From Chrysomallon squamiferum (taxonomy: Eukaryota > Animalia > Mollusca), in the NCBI GenBank assembly GCA_012295275.1, contig CM022670.1, positions 22,072,001-22,136,000 on the forward strand: DNA of 64,000 nucleotides, given 5' to 3'. How positions within the stretch are numbered: the stretch's first letter is position 1; every line of letters starts with the position of its first letter. The notes below the pieces were generated by a model that saw only the letters and a program-made list of their open reading frames with translations, was not told where the DNA came from and ran no database searches. The position numbers were made by a program, and so were the translations under genes. This document shows, piece by piece, positions 13,501 to 27,500 of the stretch.

Positions 13501-13849
13501 AATAAAGTATTGTAACAGAAACCCTGAAACAGAAATAACAAGTTTTATTCGCATACATTCTCTGTCTTGTCAGTTACCAAACTGTTGTAATAAACTTGAG
13601 TTTTATAATACAACTTTACTGAGGCTGTCAATATCTTTTAATGTTTTAATATATAAAATAACCTTACATTTATAGCAAAAATATTTGCATCCATACATTC
13701 TGAAGAGCTTGCTATATTGCTATGTGCACTATTATTAACAAAATTTGTCACAAATAAAACAGCCGTTTGGAAGTATCCACTCGTAATTTGGTTCAAACAA
13801 CAGCTACGTTTCATATATTTTTATCTTTCCAAATGTAAAGAAATGATGT

Positions 13850-14600
13850 TGCTGCTGAGTTCGTGTTCTCCAAAAAATTAAAATAATAACATAGGTTAAA
13901 ATACCAAATCATATTATAAACGAGGTTTGTGAAATTTGTATCATTTATGATTTATCAAGCAGACGAATATATTAACATTCATGGAAATCTCAGCTCAGGA
14001 GGCTCGTGTATTCGTTGACGTATGTGCAGTTTTTTTAACTGTGTTACGAGTTTCACATCAACGAATGTATTATAAATATGATCAACAGAATAATATTTTC
14101 ATTCGTTTTCTTTTTTTTTAAACATTTTATGTTGACTTGTTCTGTTAAATATATAGATTATCAAAACAAGTTTACTTACTAAAATTCTTCAAATCAACAA
14201 AATAAATTAACGGCAATGAATACAAGATAGTTAATGAAATGAAACGGAATTCGCGGATTTAATGTTAATTTCCTACTTTCGCTTTCTGTCCCAAGACTAA
14301 ACCAAGCAATGAAATTTAAAGTTTAACTAGAATAATTGTGACAAAATATTAATCTGTTTATCATTAAAGATAAGCTTTTATACAACTTACATTAAAAGAC
14401 AGTTTTAAATGAGGGAGAACGATTTGTTTTTGTTGTCCGTTTACTTGATTTGGAGTTCTGCGTAACGCTACGGAAGTTACGAGATAGTGTTTACTTTTGT
14501 AATGCGTGTGTAGCAATTAATATGTTCTGCCGTACAGTTCGTTTTGGGTTCTGTAGCAGTATTCGGCGGGTAACGTGAAATTAAATATGCTATAATCGTT
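13850..14600. promoter_or_regulatory. CpG-enriched region upstream of TRPT1, probable promoter (copy at ~31800-32550)
   Basis: Local rise in CG dinucleotides against a CpG-poor background; ETS-like CGGAAGT at ~14471; lies immediately 5' of TRPT1. Confidence 0.5.
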
Positions 14601-15498
14601 TATTTATTTTTAAAATATATAACATACTGGTAAATACTATTTATGTTAAAATACTAGAAAATAATTAAAATACTGGTAAATACTAATTTTTAAATAACAG
14701 AAAATAATAATTTTAAAATATCACCAGATATTTAAAATGTTGTTAAAATAACTATTTAAAATTCCAGAAAATAATATTTATTTTAAAATATAACTAGACA
14801 TTTAAAATGTTGGTAAAATATACAATTTAAAATTCCAGAAAATAATATTTATTTTCAAATATTAATTATGCGATTTTTAAAATACTGGTAAATACTTACT
14901 TTAAAATATCAGAAAATATTGTTTTTATTTAAATAGTAGTAAACAATATTTTTTGAGACACAAGAAAATAAAATTTATTTTAAAATATTAGAAAATAATT
15001 AAAATACTAGTAAATATTTATTTCAAAATACAAAAAAAAAAAAAAAAAAAAAAAATAAATAAATAAATAATAATAATAATAATAACAATGTTTATTTTAA
15101 AAACAGAAAATAATGTTTATTTTCAAATACTAGCAAACAACATTTTCTTAAATACCAGAAAATATTTATGTTAAAATGTTAAGAAATACTTAAAATATTG
15201 ATAATGCTGTTTTTGAAATGCTGGTAAATATTTATTTTCAAGTACTAATATTTATTTTAAAATGAAAGAAAATACTATTTAAAAAAAAAAAAACATGTTA
15301 ATTATTATCTCATTTAATCATTAATGACATATTCAGCACCTTAAATATTATTTTTATTAAATGATCATTTTTAGACTTTGTTCAGTTTCATCCATCAAAT
15401 GTTTCAACATATATACATACACATACATATGTATGTATGTATGCATATATTATAAGCACTATTGTAAGAAGCAAATGCTGTATGTCTGTTACTTTCAG

Positions 15499-17891
15499 CG
15501 GACAAGCTGTATGGTCGAGTGAGTGTTCATCCAGTACAGAATCTAGGAAGCTCTTTTGTCATCACAGTGGAGAAAGTGTTTTTGTGTTCCGGCAAAGATG
15601 GCTACATTCCAAAATATGATCCAGAAAACAAGGAGTTTGGCTGTGTTGCTGAATCACCCAATCTGCAGTACGCTTTTAAAATACTGGTAAATATTGTTTT
15701 GTATTTTAAATGTTATATTTTAAAATACTGGTAAATATTGTTTTGTATTTTAAAATCATGGTAAATAATATTGTGTTTCAAAATACTGGTAAATATTGTT
15801 TATTTTGAAATACTTGTGAATAATGTTTATTTTAAAATACTAGTAGATAATATTTAAATTAAAACACCAGATTAATTCTTTGAAAATACCTTAATTAATG
15901 ATTATAATAAAAAATTATAAAATGATATTGAATATTTAAAATAGACAGAAATAACATTTTAAAATAAAGATAAATATTTAAAACAGAGGTAAGTAACATT
16001 TATTCTAAAGTACTTGTTGAATGTTTACATTAATAATTTTTATTTTAAAATAGTTGTAAATCTTTATTAAAGAGAACTGTTACATAATGTTTATTTTAAC
16101 ATATTAGTAAATAATGTTTATTTTAAAATACTGGTAAATACATTTATTTAAAAAATATTTATAAGTAACTGATTTTAACATACTAGTAATTATGTGTTAT
16201 TAAAAAAATATATATTATTTTGTTTATTTTAAATACCATAAATTAAATAATATTCTTATTTTGTATTATTGGTAATTTTAAATTGCTTTAGAAAAATGTT
16301 GTTTTTCAAAAACAAATTAAAAATTTCAGAATTAATTATACATGAAGCTACAGTTAAATACTTATTTTGAGATGCTGAAAAGGTTTTTTTCAAAATAAAA
16401 GTAAATATTCTTTATTTAAAAATATTATAAATAATGTTTGTTTTAAAATGTTGGTAAATATATTTTGAAAAATAATAATGGGATATAATTCATATTTTTA
16501 AATATTTGTAAATTAAAAAAGTACTAGTAAATAATTTTATATTTTACTTTGTATTATGAGTAAATAATTTTTACTTTAACAATAGTAGTAAATGATATTT
16601 AACATCAAATACAAGTAATTAATGTTTATATTTAAAATACTAGTACATAGTGTTTGATTTAAAACATCTGTGATTAATTGAAAATATAATTAATGTTTAT
16701 TTTGAATTGAGTATAAAATAATATTTATTTAGAAAAACTTGTCAATAATGATTATGTCAAAATAATAGTAAATAATAATTACTTTAAAATACAAGAATTT
16801 AACATCTTAAAATATGGGAAATAATATTTATATAAAGATACTAGTAAACAAAATTTAATTTATTAGTTATAAACATTTGATTGAAATACTGCTAATTAAT
16901 GTTTCTTTTAAATTAAATAATCATTTTCAAATTACTAGTAAATATTTATTTACAAATATTAGAAATAATGTTTATTTCAAAATTCAGTAAGAAATGGGGT
17001 TTTAAAATTTTTTTTTTATCTTAAACGTTTATATTAAAATACGTATTAGATAATGATTAATTTGAAATGCTACTAAATACTTGTTTGATATCACTACTAA
17101 TAATCTTTATTTTAAAATCTTAGAAAATAATAATTTTAAAATACTGGCATTAAATTTTTTTTAATATATTGTAAACAATCTTTATTTTAAAATGCTGGCA
17201 GTTAATGTTTCTTTTAATATATTTTAAATAATCTTTAATCTAAAAGTGTAAAAAGTATTATTAAATCTTTAATTAATAAGACTAGTAATTTGGAAATAGT
17301 ATTAATGTTTATTTTAAAACTGTAATAAATAATACTTATATTAAAATACTAGTAAATAATGTTGTTTTAAAACTTTTATGAATAATATTTATTTTAAGAT
17401 ACAAGGAGATAATCTTTGCACTAAATTCTAATATTTTATTTCAGGATAAAGGCGCTCCATTTACAGAAGTGAAAGACTTCCGAGAGATTCTCTTCAATGC
17501 CAGATTGGCAGCAGATGATCCTGGAGCCATAGAACTCGTCAGACAGACAGGATCTGATGGCTTTTCAATGGACTGTCAACCACTTTTTGATGTGAGTTCC
17601 AGCATTGGTATACACTAACCACTCTGTACTGTTACAGTGTAATTTTGCATTTTGTAAATTTTCATATTTGATGACACTTTTTTACTCAGATTCCTGTAAT
17701 TTGGCAGAAATAAACCTACAGACATTTTCATATTATCTAAAAAAATTAAGTCAGTATTCATCAGAAAGAAAATTTCTTGTCTTTTTTTATTCTGAAGGTC
17801 AAGAGTAGTTATAAATATTAATGTAATATGGTTGAATTATATTCTGAAATAAAATCCATCAGGTATATATTACATGCATACATACATTAGA

Positions 17892-17925
<34 letters not shown>

Positions 17926-17961
17926 CATATACATACATACATATATACATACATACATACA

Positions 17962-17997
<36 letters not shown>

Positions 17998-18607
17998 TAT
18001 ATATATTTCATTTTAATACTCTTTAGGAATATTCTAGTTAATGTATTTACGATGTTAAATTACATTTATTCAACTGATGGTAAATGTTAAGGTCATGTGA
18101 AGTCTCATTCTATAAAACAAACTGATGCTGTTGTTTCAGGTTGATGGCGGCAGACAATGGTTTTTACACACAATTTACACGATCCGGTCAAAGTCGAACG
18201 CAGATCGAGGCATCAAGAAGCGAAGCATTACCAGCGAGGAGGAAACTTTCCACCAGGTGTCTGTGTATTCCAGCAGGGTGAAACGAGAAGAGGGCGACGT
18301 CCAGGGGGTGGGGAAGAAGGGGAAAGGAACAAACATGGCTCGCATTAACTTAAAGCACGACAGCAAATACACCATTGAGATAGGCACCGATTCTAGTGAC
18401 AGTGAGTTTCCACTGATACCGGTTCTAGTAGCCATCGGTGCCTTCTTAGCAATATCTCTACTCATCACAGTGGTTTTCATTCGTCGTCGAAGAAAACAGA
18501 CTACTCCACCTCCGTCGCCGACGAATACCATTATAGTGTCTAGTGGTAAAGGCAAATCTAAAGTTGTTGCAGCAGGACATTTTAATAATGATAATACTGA
18601 AGTATAA
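15499..18607 (+). pseudogene. FREM2: Orphan duplicate of the last three FREM2 coding exons (frame intact, no own 5' exons)
   Basis: Exons 15499-15686, 17445-17591, 18140-18607 are near-identical to copy 1. Changes: VDP to VHP, SIASEVE to SITSEEE. The exon equivalent to 625-886 is not included. Confidence 0.8.
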
Positions 18608-21597
18608 CAGTCTCTCCTAGATTGTGTTCAAAAGTGAAACCTCATTGCTCAATGTTCAGTGTGCTGATCTAAGGAAAATCTGATATTATTTTATTTCAAG
18701 TATTTTTAACTAATATACTGTAGTTATTCATATTCAGCTCTACATGTTTTATACACAAAGACACAGGTACCACTGAATTTTGGTGGACTCATTTTTTTTT
18801 TAAATTTATTTAATGGATACAAGCATAATAACTTTTTATTTGGGGTTTTACATATTTTTATTTTCTGCCACTTTTTAGTCGTTACTCAGTATTTCAAAAA
18901 CTGGAATGAATAAAGTTATTATTTTCATTTTTTTTTTTTTTTATCCAACCTTTTTATTTGTCAATACATAAGTATTAGTTGGTTTTTCATTATTATTATT
19001 TTTTTTTTTTTTAACAAAAGATTTTAAGTAGAAGTATGTTATTCTCATTTATTCTACAATTATTTTTTGTCATATAATTTCCGAAACTGATTGAAAATCA
19101 GAAGTGTCTGTAGCTTTTTTTAAATCTCAGTGTTCCTATATCATGAAGAATTTTTGAGGCTGCTTGTGTTTGGAATGTCAGTTTCCATATATGTATATAT
19201 ATTTGGAAATCCCAGTTTCAAATTATACTTTACAAGGTATTTTTCTGTAACTGAATGTTTGTAACTTTGTTACATAATAATTATTAGTAATTCACAATTA
19301 TGTCATGTAGTATGTATTATATTCATATCTGTATATTTAAGTATTTATATTTTTTCAGTGTAATTCATTAGATGGATTTAGTCTGTTAATTTGTGTTATT
19401 GTATTAACTACAGCTTCACAGAATGTTTATATATATATATATATAAGTGACAATTTTGCAGTTAAAAAACCCATAAAGTATACAAAATGGTTTCTTAAAT
19501 GCATTAAATGTGTATAACAATAAGAAAAACACTTTAAAAATAAAAATATGTAAAATATTTAAAACCATACGGCCATGATATAAGTATTTATGTAAACTGA
19601 TTGTTGTATTACAAAAATACTTACTGCAGTATTTTCTCTCAAATAATCCTGAAGTTTTAATAAAATGTTCAAGTTTTTAAAGTATGTGAAAAAAATTAAT
19701 TAATAATTATGTATTATTTACAATATTTATTATTAAATTATGTCCATAATAATAAATAAAGAAATCCATTCTTCAAAAAAAAAAAAAAATTGGTTATACC
19801 ACAGTAACAAATCTAAACAATGATACAGATCTCTCTTCATGTTTTGAGTAGTTGAGTAAAATACTCAGAATATTAAGTAAGTACATCAGAATCTCAAATT
19901 TAAATTACATTTACATTTCATATTCAAACTGCTGCTTTCCTTTAAGATTTAAATATTTTAAAAGTTTAATATCACCAGTAAAATGGCTAAATGTCACATT
20001 TACAAACTGCATCCATGAAAGTAGTTGAAACATTGAATTGTTTCTCACATGATCAAGGATAAATGAAGGGCATACAAATTCAAAAGAAAAACAACATTAA
20101 TATCCTAAATTTAATAAAGAATTTAAATAAAAAAAAAAAAATTAACATTTTTTAAATATTTAATTTATTTTGTATTTATGATTCATTGATGTAAAATATT
20201 TAACTCTCTATATATATTTTATAAAAGTTTATATTTCATATTTATAAATTTGTAAATGATATGCTGCAAATAATTTTTACATATTTTAATGTTTTTTTGT
20301 GATATGTGAATGCTTTTATAGTGCATACATTTCAATGTTTTCCAGCAAAAACTTTATATATTTGCGGTACTGTTTTTTTTTTTTTTTTTTTCATTTTATA
20401 TTCCTTTTTGATGTATGTCATAGAGCTCCATGCGGAATGTTGAAAAAATGTAAACTATATTTGTATGTTTTTAAAATTAAATATCTTTTAACATATTGCT
20501 TTTGTTTTTGTTTGTACCTGCATACCTGTACTTTAAACCGTTGAGCCCTAATTCCACTTTCTGTCATGACTCTATTCATGACCTCTTCAGCTGGTGATCT
20601 GTATACCATATTAGTAAGATGATTCCAAGAGATGACTGGACAAAGATAAATGGCTTCATACATGTACATCCATAATTAAATTTACCTCAAATCATGGACA
20701 CAGCCAGGTTTTAAAGTTAAAGGGGAATGTGAACGTGGAAAAAAGGTACCATGACGAATACCATATATTCTTTGAACTTGTTATACATTCTTATATTATA
20801 TTTAAAATCAAAACAAAGTTTAAAAAAAAAAGCATAATAGAAACAACAGATCTTATTTAATTATAATGGACAAGAGTTTAAATGCTGTTGAAAAGGCACC
20901 TGTTTTTAAGAATTTGTTCCTGGGGAGCAATTTCTGCTCCAGCTAATCACTGCCTCAGCTCCCAGTAAACCAATACTACAGCATAAAACAAGACAATTCC
21001 CATTTACTATGCACTCAGAAGGGTTAATATTTTGAAACAGATTTGCTGTCTTTATTATTATATTTTTGTTAAATATGGCTGATATTTTATGATTGTGTAA
21101 GTATTTGCTTATGAATAAACATTTAGTTTTAATGAAAAATAATTGTTTTAAGAAATTACATGTAAAACAAATATAAATAAAATAAAATTAAAATTAAAAA
21201 CAACCACAATTACATTTCAGATATCACAAACTGAAAACCATATTCTAAGTTTCTTAAAGCTAGTAAATTGAGTGAATTTAAATCATTTAATTATCTTCAC
21301 CTTTATTTCATAGACATTTAGAATGTATGTTTTGTATGAATAAAATAGTTTTCCACCCTAAATTCCACGATGTGGCTGCCCAAATAGGATGGAATGTATT
21401 AAAAATATATTAGCATGTGAAAATACTGTTATAAATACTTGAATGTATGACCTTTCAGCACATTACAATGTCACAAGCCAGAGAATCATGGGTATTTTAT
21501 CATTTATAATCAAAGGTTTATCTCAAATTATACTTTAGAAATCGTAACATTTTACTTTATCATTCCACAATTATATTAGCAGTTACATTTTACTTCT

Positions 21598-24500
21598 TCA
21601 ATCATTAGTGTGCAGAACTTCATCTGTAACAGAAAGAGTAATAATAAACATAAAACTGTTCAATTTTAAATCATTTCTTCGGTAAATAGTGCAACTATTT
21701 CCTGTTAAATAAAAACAGATTTAAAAAAAAAAAAAAAAAAAAAAAATTAAGGTAGATAAAACAAAGAAAAAATTAAAAATGCAAGAGGATATATGTTTTT
21801 ATTTGTAAATTATTTAATACAAAGCTTTTTCTTTTTATCATGAAATATTATTTTTATTTTCAGTTTTCACTAAATAAAAAGAATTCTACAGAATTACTTT
21901 TGGTCAGCTCCAACTAAATATTTAAGCTAATATATATTAAAGATAATTTTTTAAACTAGTGGTTTATTTATGTAATTGTTAGAAAAGAAATATTGTCTAA
22001 AGACACAGTTAGTCTTGGCAACAGAAAACTGAAGAAGGGAATACTATTTTATTAAAGATATTGACATAAAAACTTTTATAATCCTCTGGGAACAAGCAAA
22101 CCATAACTGAAGATTTTACATTAACATTTTAAATTATTTTATTCTATGGAAATAATAAAATTTAAAAAAATGAATTAAAAAAAAATGAATTTTGTTATTT
22201 TAAGGAAACAACAGATTGGAGTATGATAAAAAAAAAAAAAAAAAAAATGATTTAAACATATAGTTTAAAATATGTCACTTACTTGTATGTCTGTTAATTA
22301 CTTTTTTGAAGTAACGTGGAAGAATAACTCCATCTTGTCCTTCACTCAGAATAACATCATTGACAGACTTAAACAGTCTTATGCCATCTAACAAAAGTTA
22401 CAAACACAAAATAACACACCCTTTATTCAGTGTATCATTACCAGACTGAGTATGATTTAGTGTATCATTCATTACCAGACTGAGGCTAGAACAGCATATG
22501 TCCAGATAATATCAATGAACAAGCATGTAATTTTACATCTGTATATATTTTATGTGTTGTCAGGATAACCAAACAGACTATTAAAACAAGATAGAAAACA
22601 GACCATAAACACAGAATAGTCCAATAGACTATAAAGTCAGGATTGTCCAATAAAACTACAAAGACAAGATAGTCAAACACATACAGACAGATAATTCAAT
22701 AGAAAATAGAGACAGGATAGTCAAACAGAACATAAAGACAATATATTAAGACTAACATCATGATCATAAAACAAAGACTAAATGGTCAAAAGTCAGAATA
22801 AAGGTCAGTTAAAGTGTTTTACTTGCATTAATTTGTGCTATTATTATTTTTTAATTTATAAACTTACTTAATAAAAGAGTAATAAACATTTATTTCTAAT
22901 AATAATTTAAAGGCATCTCTTTTTTTTTTTTTTAATATTTTAAATAATTCCTCTCACTTCTTAATGCTTTATTCACATCCAAGTATATGGCAATATCACA
23001 AGTTGTTTTCATCCCTGAAATAAAAAAAATCACTTTGTACTTTTTTTTTATCTCATGTAACAAGAAATTTCTGAAAACAAATACTGAAATAAAGATACTT
23101 TTGTCAACTTGCATTCTGTGCAGTTTGTCTCAGCTAGGTAATATTATGAAACTGAATTGCAACTGAAATATTAAATAAATTAGATGTATTTTGTATATGC
23201 ATCATTTTTTTTTAATAATCTATTTTAAAAACAAGCTTGAATAAGACAACCAATTGCTAATACATTAGTCTGTACCTTGCAGTGGTATTTACTAGCCCCT
23301 CAAAAATTAAAACTAAAATAACAATAAATAAATAAATAATGATCTAGAATTTTTTTTTTTTTTTCTGACACAGTTGTGGTTAAAGGAACAAATCTGAAGG
23401 TGAACTGCATTTTATTTTATTTCTTTATCCAAGTCTAAAATACACACAAAATTCCCTTACAAATTATCTTCAACACTGGTTGCCATAGAATTAAAATATC
23501 TGCATTTAAGTTAGAAATAGCAAAATATAATAGAACTACACTTTAGGATCTATGGTGGACATTGTATAAGAAGAGATTATATTGTGACATAGCTGGATTA
23601 ATAATAATAATAATAATAATAACAAAATTTAAAACTACATGGAGAAAAAAACAACCCCCAAAAAAACATGAGTTTGATGAAACAAACTGAGAGATTGGTA
23701 CCAAATTAGACTGGTCTAGTTGTGAAATCTTTTTTAGCATATTCACGTGAAAAAAAGACAAGACAACCACGTGATCAGTTTACAGTTAAGATAATAAAAT
23801 CCACTTTCTGTCCTGTATGAGACACACTCACCACTAAGGACTCCTGTATCTCCTGGTAATCCTTTAGCAAAATGGATGTGTTTTCTCCTCATTCGCATCA
23901 GTCCCTGATTAAAACATATCTAATAATGTACAGTCATGTAAATAATCTCAGAAATTATTACACCTTATGAAATTATGGAAATAAAAACAAAAATTAAAAC
24001 AATCACTTTATACATCTTAGCAACTTTGGATATTACGCAATATATTTTGTTTAAAAAAAATATATTTTCCAGTATTTTATTTAATATATTTTTTTTTATA
24101 TCATAAAAAATACTTGCTAAATTAATATGCTTTATTTATAAACATAATTTTATTTCCAAATCAAGGTAATTACTTCAGTTTTTATTCTATTCCATGCTGA
24201 CAAACTTGTTCCATGGACGACTGTTGGAAACTCCCTAGCACTGGTTATTGGTGTGAGCAACTGTTCATCGTCGACTTCCTGTGCATTATAAATAATGAAT
24301 TATTTTGTGTATATCATTACAAACTGTTAAAAATCTCAGATGAGTTGTTTAAAATGTACGGTAAGTTTTGCTAATGTTGTACAATTTTATGATTGTAGTG
24401 GGATTCATTACTAATTGTTTCTTAGTAAACAACGATTACTGACCCGTTTAAAAAAAAATGCTCTAGTTTTTAATAAAATAAAATATTAATAATATATTAA

Positions 24501-27500
24501 AAGTATAACTTAAAAGCATGTATTATATTAAAACATTAAACTAACAAAGATGTTTTAATGTCTCACTGACATTCCAAAATGGAGTGATACGACTGATGAT
24601 CTTTGAAATGTTAGTTTATAAATTTTTTAGATTTAGTCATTTGTTTATGTGTTTTGTTAATGCTGAATTTCCATAGCTAAAACACCTTCAGTTATATACA
24701 GGAACATTGGAACACAAATAAAAACCTTTTCAGGACTGAAAAAAACTTGGGATACTTACTACAATATTTATAGTATTTATATTACTTCAAAGTTCATACC
24801 ATAAATCTGTCCCTAATCAATATCGTGGTGATTTTTCAATCATCTGAAACATCTATCTAACCATCAGGAATTGACAGATAACACTGGAATCCCTGTATTG
24901 CAATTTGTTATGATAAAATCTGTACTCACTGAAAGTGTGTGACCTTGTGTAGCACGAATCTTTGAGCCATCTCTTGAAATCTGAAATCTTTTCTTTGAGT
25001 CATTGTTCACAACTTGTCTTACATCAGCTTTTGTGTATGATGAGAACATGGGTTTCTGTAAAATCTCATCGATAGACGCATATCCATCTGCAATGTCAGT
25101 GACAGTTGTCTGTCATCTCACTAATGCTGTTTTAATTTAATGCTTAATGTGTTTAATCTAATTCTCTTTAATTCATTTCACATTATTACTGATTTTGTTC
25201 ATTATCATCTCAAACAAAATCCTTTTCAAAAATGTATACAGAACTGAGATGATCATGTGAAACAGGCCATTTCCTTTATTCCTTAGCCCTCATTCACACA
25301 CTTTAGTCCTTATTAAAACATACCAACTCCTCAGTCCTTTTTGCCTTACAGCTTGGTCCCATTTCCCACACATAAATCCTCATTATATCACACCTCACTC
25401 ACACACCTGTCTTTAATGCCAAACTCCTCATTCCCATACCTCAGTCCTTATTCCCACACAAAGAGGTCTAATTCCCAGACCTCTCAGTCCTAATTCCTGT
25501 CCTCTTTTCTACATTTCTCAATGCTTATTTCCAATGAATATGAAAGATCAAATATTTTTAATTGTAAGAAACAATGAAACAGCAAAAGAAAATTAATAAT
25601 GAGCATGAAAATTAAATTAAATAAAAGTTCAAACCTGAAGAAAGATTTAAATTACACTGGGCTGCATCATGTCGAAGAATCCTAGCCAAACATTTTGACA
25701 AGCATGTTAGATCAGCATTACTCTGAAGAGAATTGTAATGTATTTATTAGTTTGTTTATTTAAATATATGTCTCAATAACAAGCATTCTATCAGCAGATT
25801 CAGATTCCTATCAAGTCACAATTCTTACATTGTTAAAATTATTATTTAAATATTTAAATTTTTTTATATTATAAAAAATACTTGCTAAATTAATATGCTT
25901 TATTTATAAACATAATTTTATTTCCAAATCAAGGTAATTACTTCAGTTTTTATTCTATTCCATGCTGACAAACTTGTTCCATGGACGACTGTTGGAAACT
26001 CCCTAGCACTGGTTATTGGTGTGAGCAACTGTTCATCGTCGACTTCCTGTGCATTATAAATAATGAATTATTTTGTGTATATCATTACAAACTGTTAAAA
26101 ATCTCAGATGAGTTGTTTAAAATGTACGGTAAGTTTTGCTAATGTTGTACAATTTTATGATTGTAGTGGGATTCATTACTAATTGTTTCTTAGTAAACAA
26201 CGATTACTGACCCGTTTAAAAAAAAATGTTCTAGTTTTTAATAAAATAAAATATTAATAATATATTAAAAGTATAACTTAAAAGCATGTATTATATTAAA
26301 ACATTAAACTAACAAAGATGTTTTAATGTCTCACTGACATTCCAAAATGGAGTGATATGACTGATGATCTTTGAAATGTTAGTTTATAAATTTTAAGATT
26401 TAGTCATTTGTTTATGTGTTTTGTTAATGCTGAATTTCCATAGCTAAAACACCTTCAGTTATATACAGGAACATTGGAACACAAATAAAACCTTTTCAGG
26501 ACTGAAAAAAAACTTGGGATACTTACTACAATATTTATAGTATTTATATTACTTCAGAGTTCATACCATAAATCTGTCCCTAATCAACATCGTGGTGATT
26601 TTTCAATCACCTGAAACATCTATCTAACCATCAGGAATTGACAGATAACACTTACTGGTATCCCTGTATTGCAATTTGTTATGATAAAATCTGTACTCAC
26701 CGGAAGTGTGTGACCTTGTGTAGCGCGAATCTTTGAGCCATCTCTTGAAATCTGAAATCTTTTCTTAGTGTCATTGTTCACCACTTGTCTTACATCAGCT
26801 TTTGTGTATGATGAGAACTGGGGTTTCTGTAAAATCTCATCGATAGACGCATATCCATCTGCAATGTCAGTGACAGCTGTCTGTCAGCTCACTGGTGCTG
26901 TTTTAATTTAACGCTTAATGTGTTTAATCTAATTCTCTTTAATTCATTTCACATTATTTCTGATTTTGTTCATTATCATCTCAAACAAAATCCTTTTTGA
27001 AAAATGTATACAGAACTGAGATGATCATGTGAAACAGGCTACTGCTGTACTGAATTTAAAAGTTTATTTAAACATTTTTGATTGGTCAGTATAGAAGATT
27101 TCTCAATTAATTTCATCAAGGTGAAATGTGTCAGTGATCACAGATCAAGAAAGAGATTTTCACTTCTGGTCAGTTACTTAGTAATATGTTGTTTAGTAAT
27201 AGAACATTTCCTATATTCCTTAGCCCTCAATCACACACTTTAGTCTGTATTAAAACATACCGACTCCTCAGTCCTTTTGCCTTACAGCTTGGTCCCATTT
27301 CCCACACATAAATCCTCATTATCACACACCTCACTCACACACCTGTCTTTATTAACAAACTCCTTATTCCCATACATCAGTCCTTATTCCCACACAAAGT
27401 GGTCTAATTCCCAGACCTCTCAGTCCTAATTCCTGTGCACCAGTCCATATTTCTACATTTCTCAATGCTTATTTCCAATGAATATGAAAGATCAGATATT

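Larger units (their letters stand above)
1000..14611 (+). repeat. Segmental tandem duplication, unit 1 (FREM2 3' exons + TRPT1 + upstream region)
   Basis: AAAATATATAACATACTGGTAAATACT (~1000) recurs at 14612, and the unit end CTATAATCGTTTATTTATTTTT (~14590-14611) recurs at ~32541-32562. The units are colinear with scattered SNPs and indels. Confidence 0.95.
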
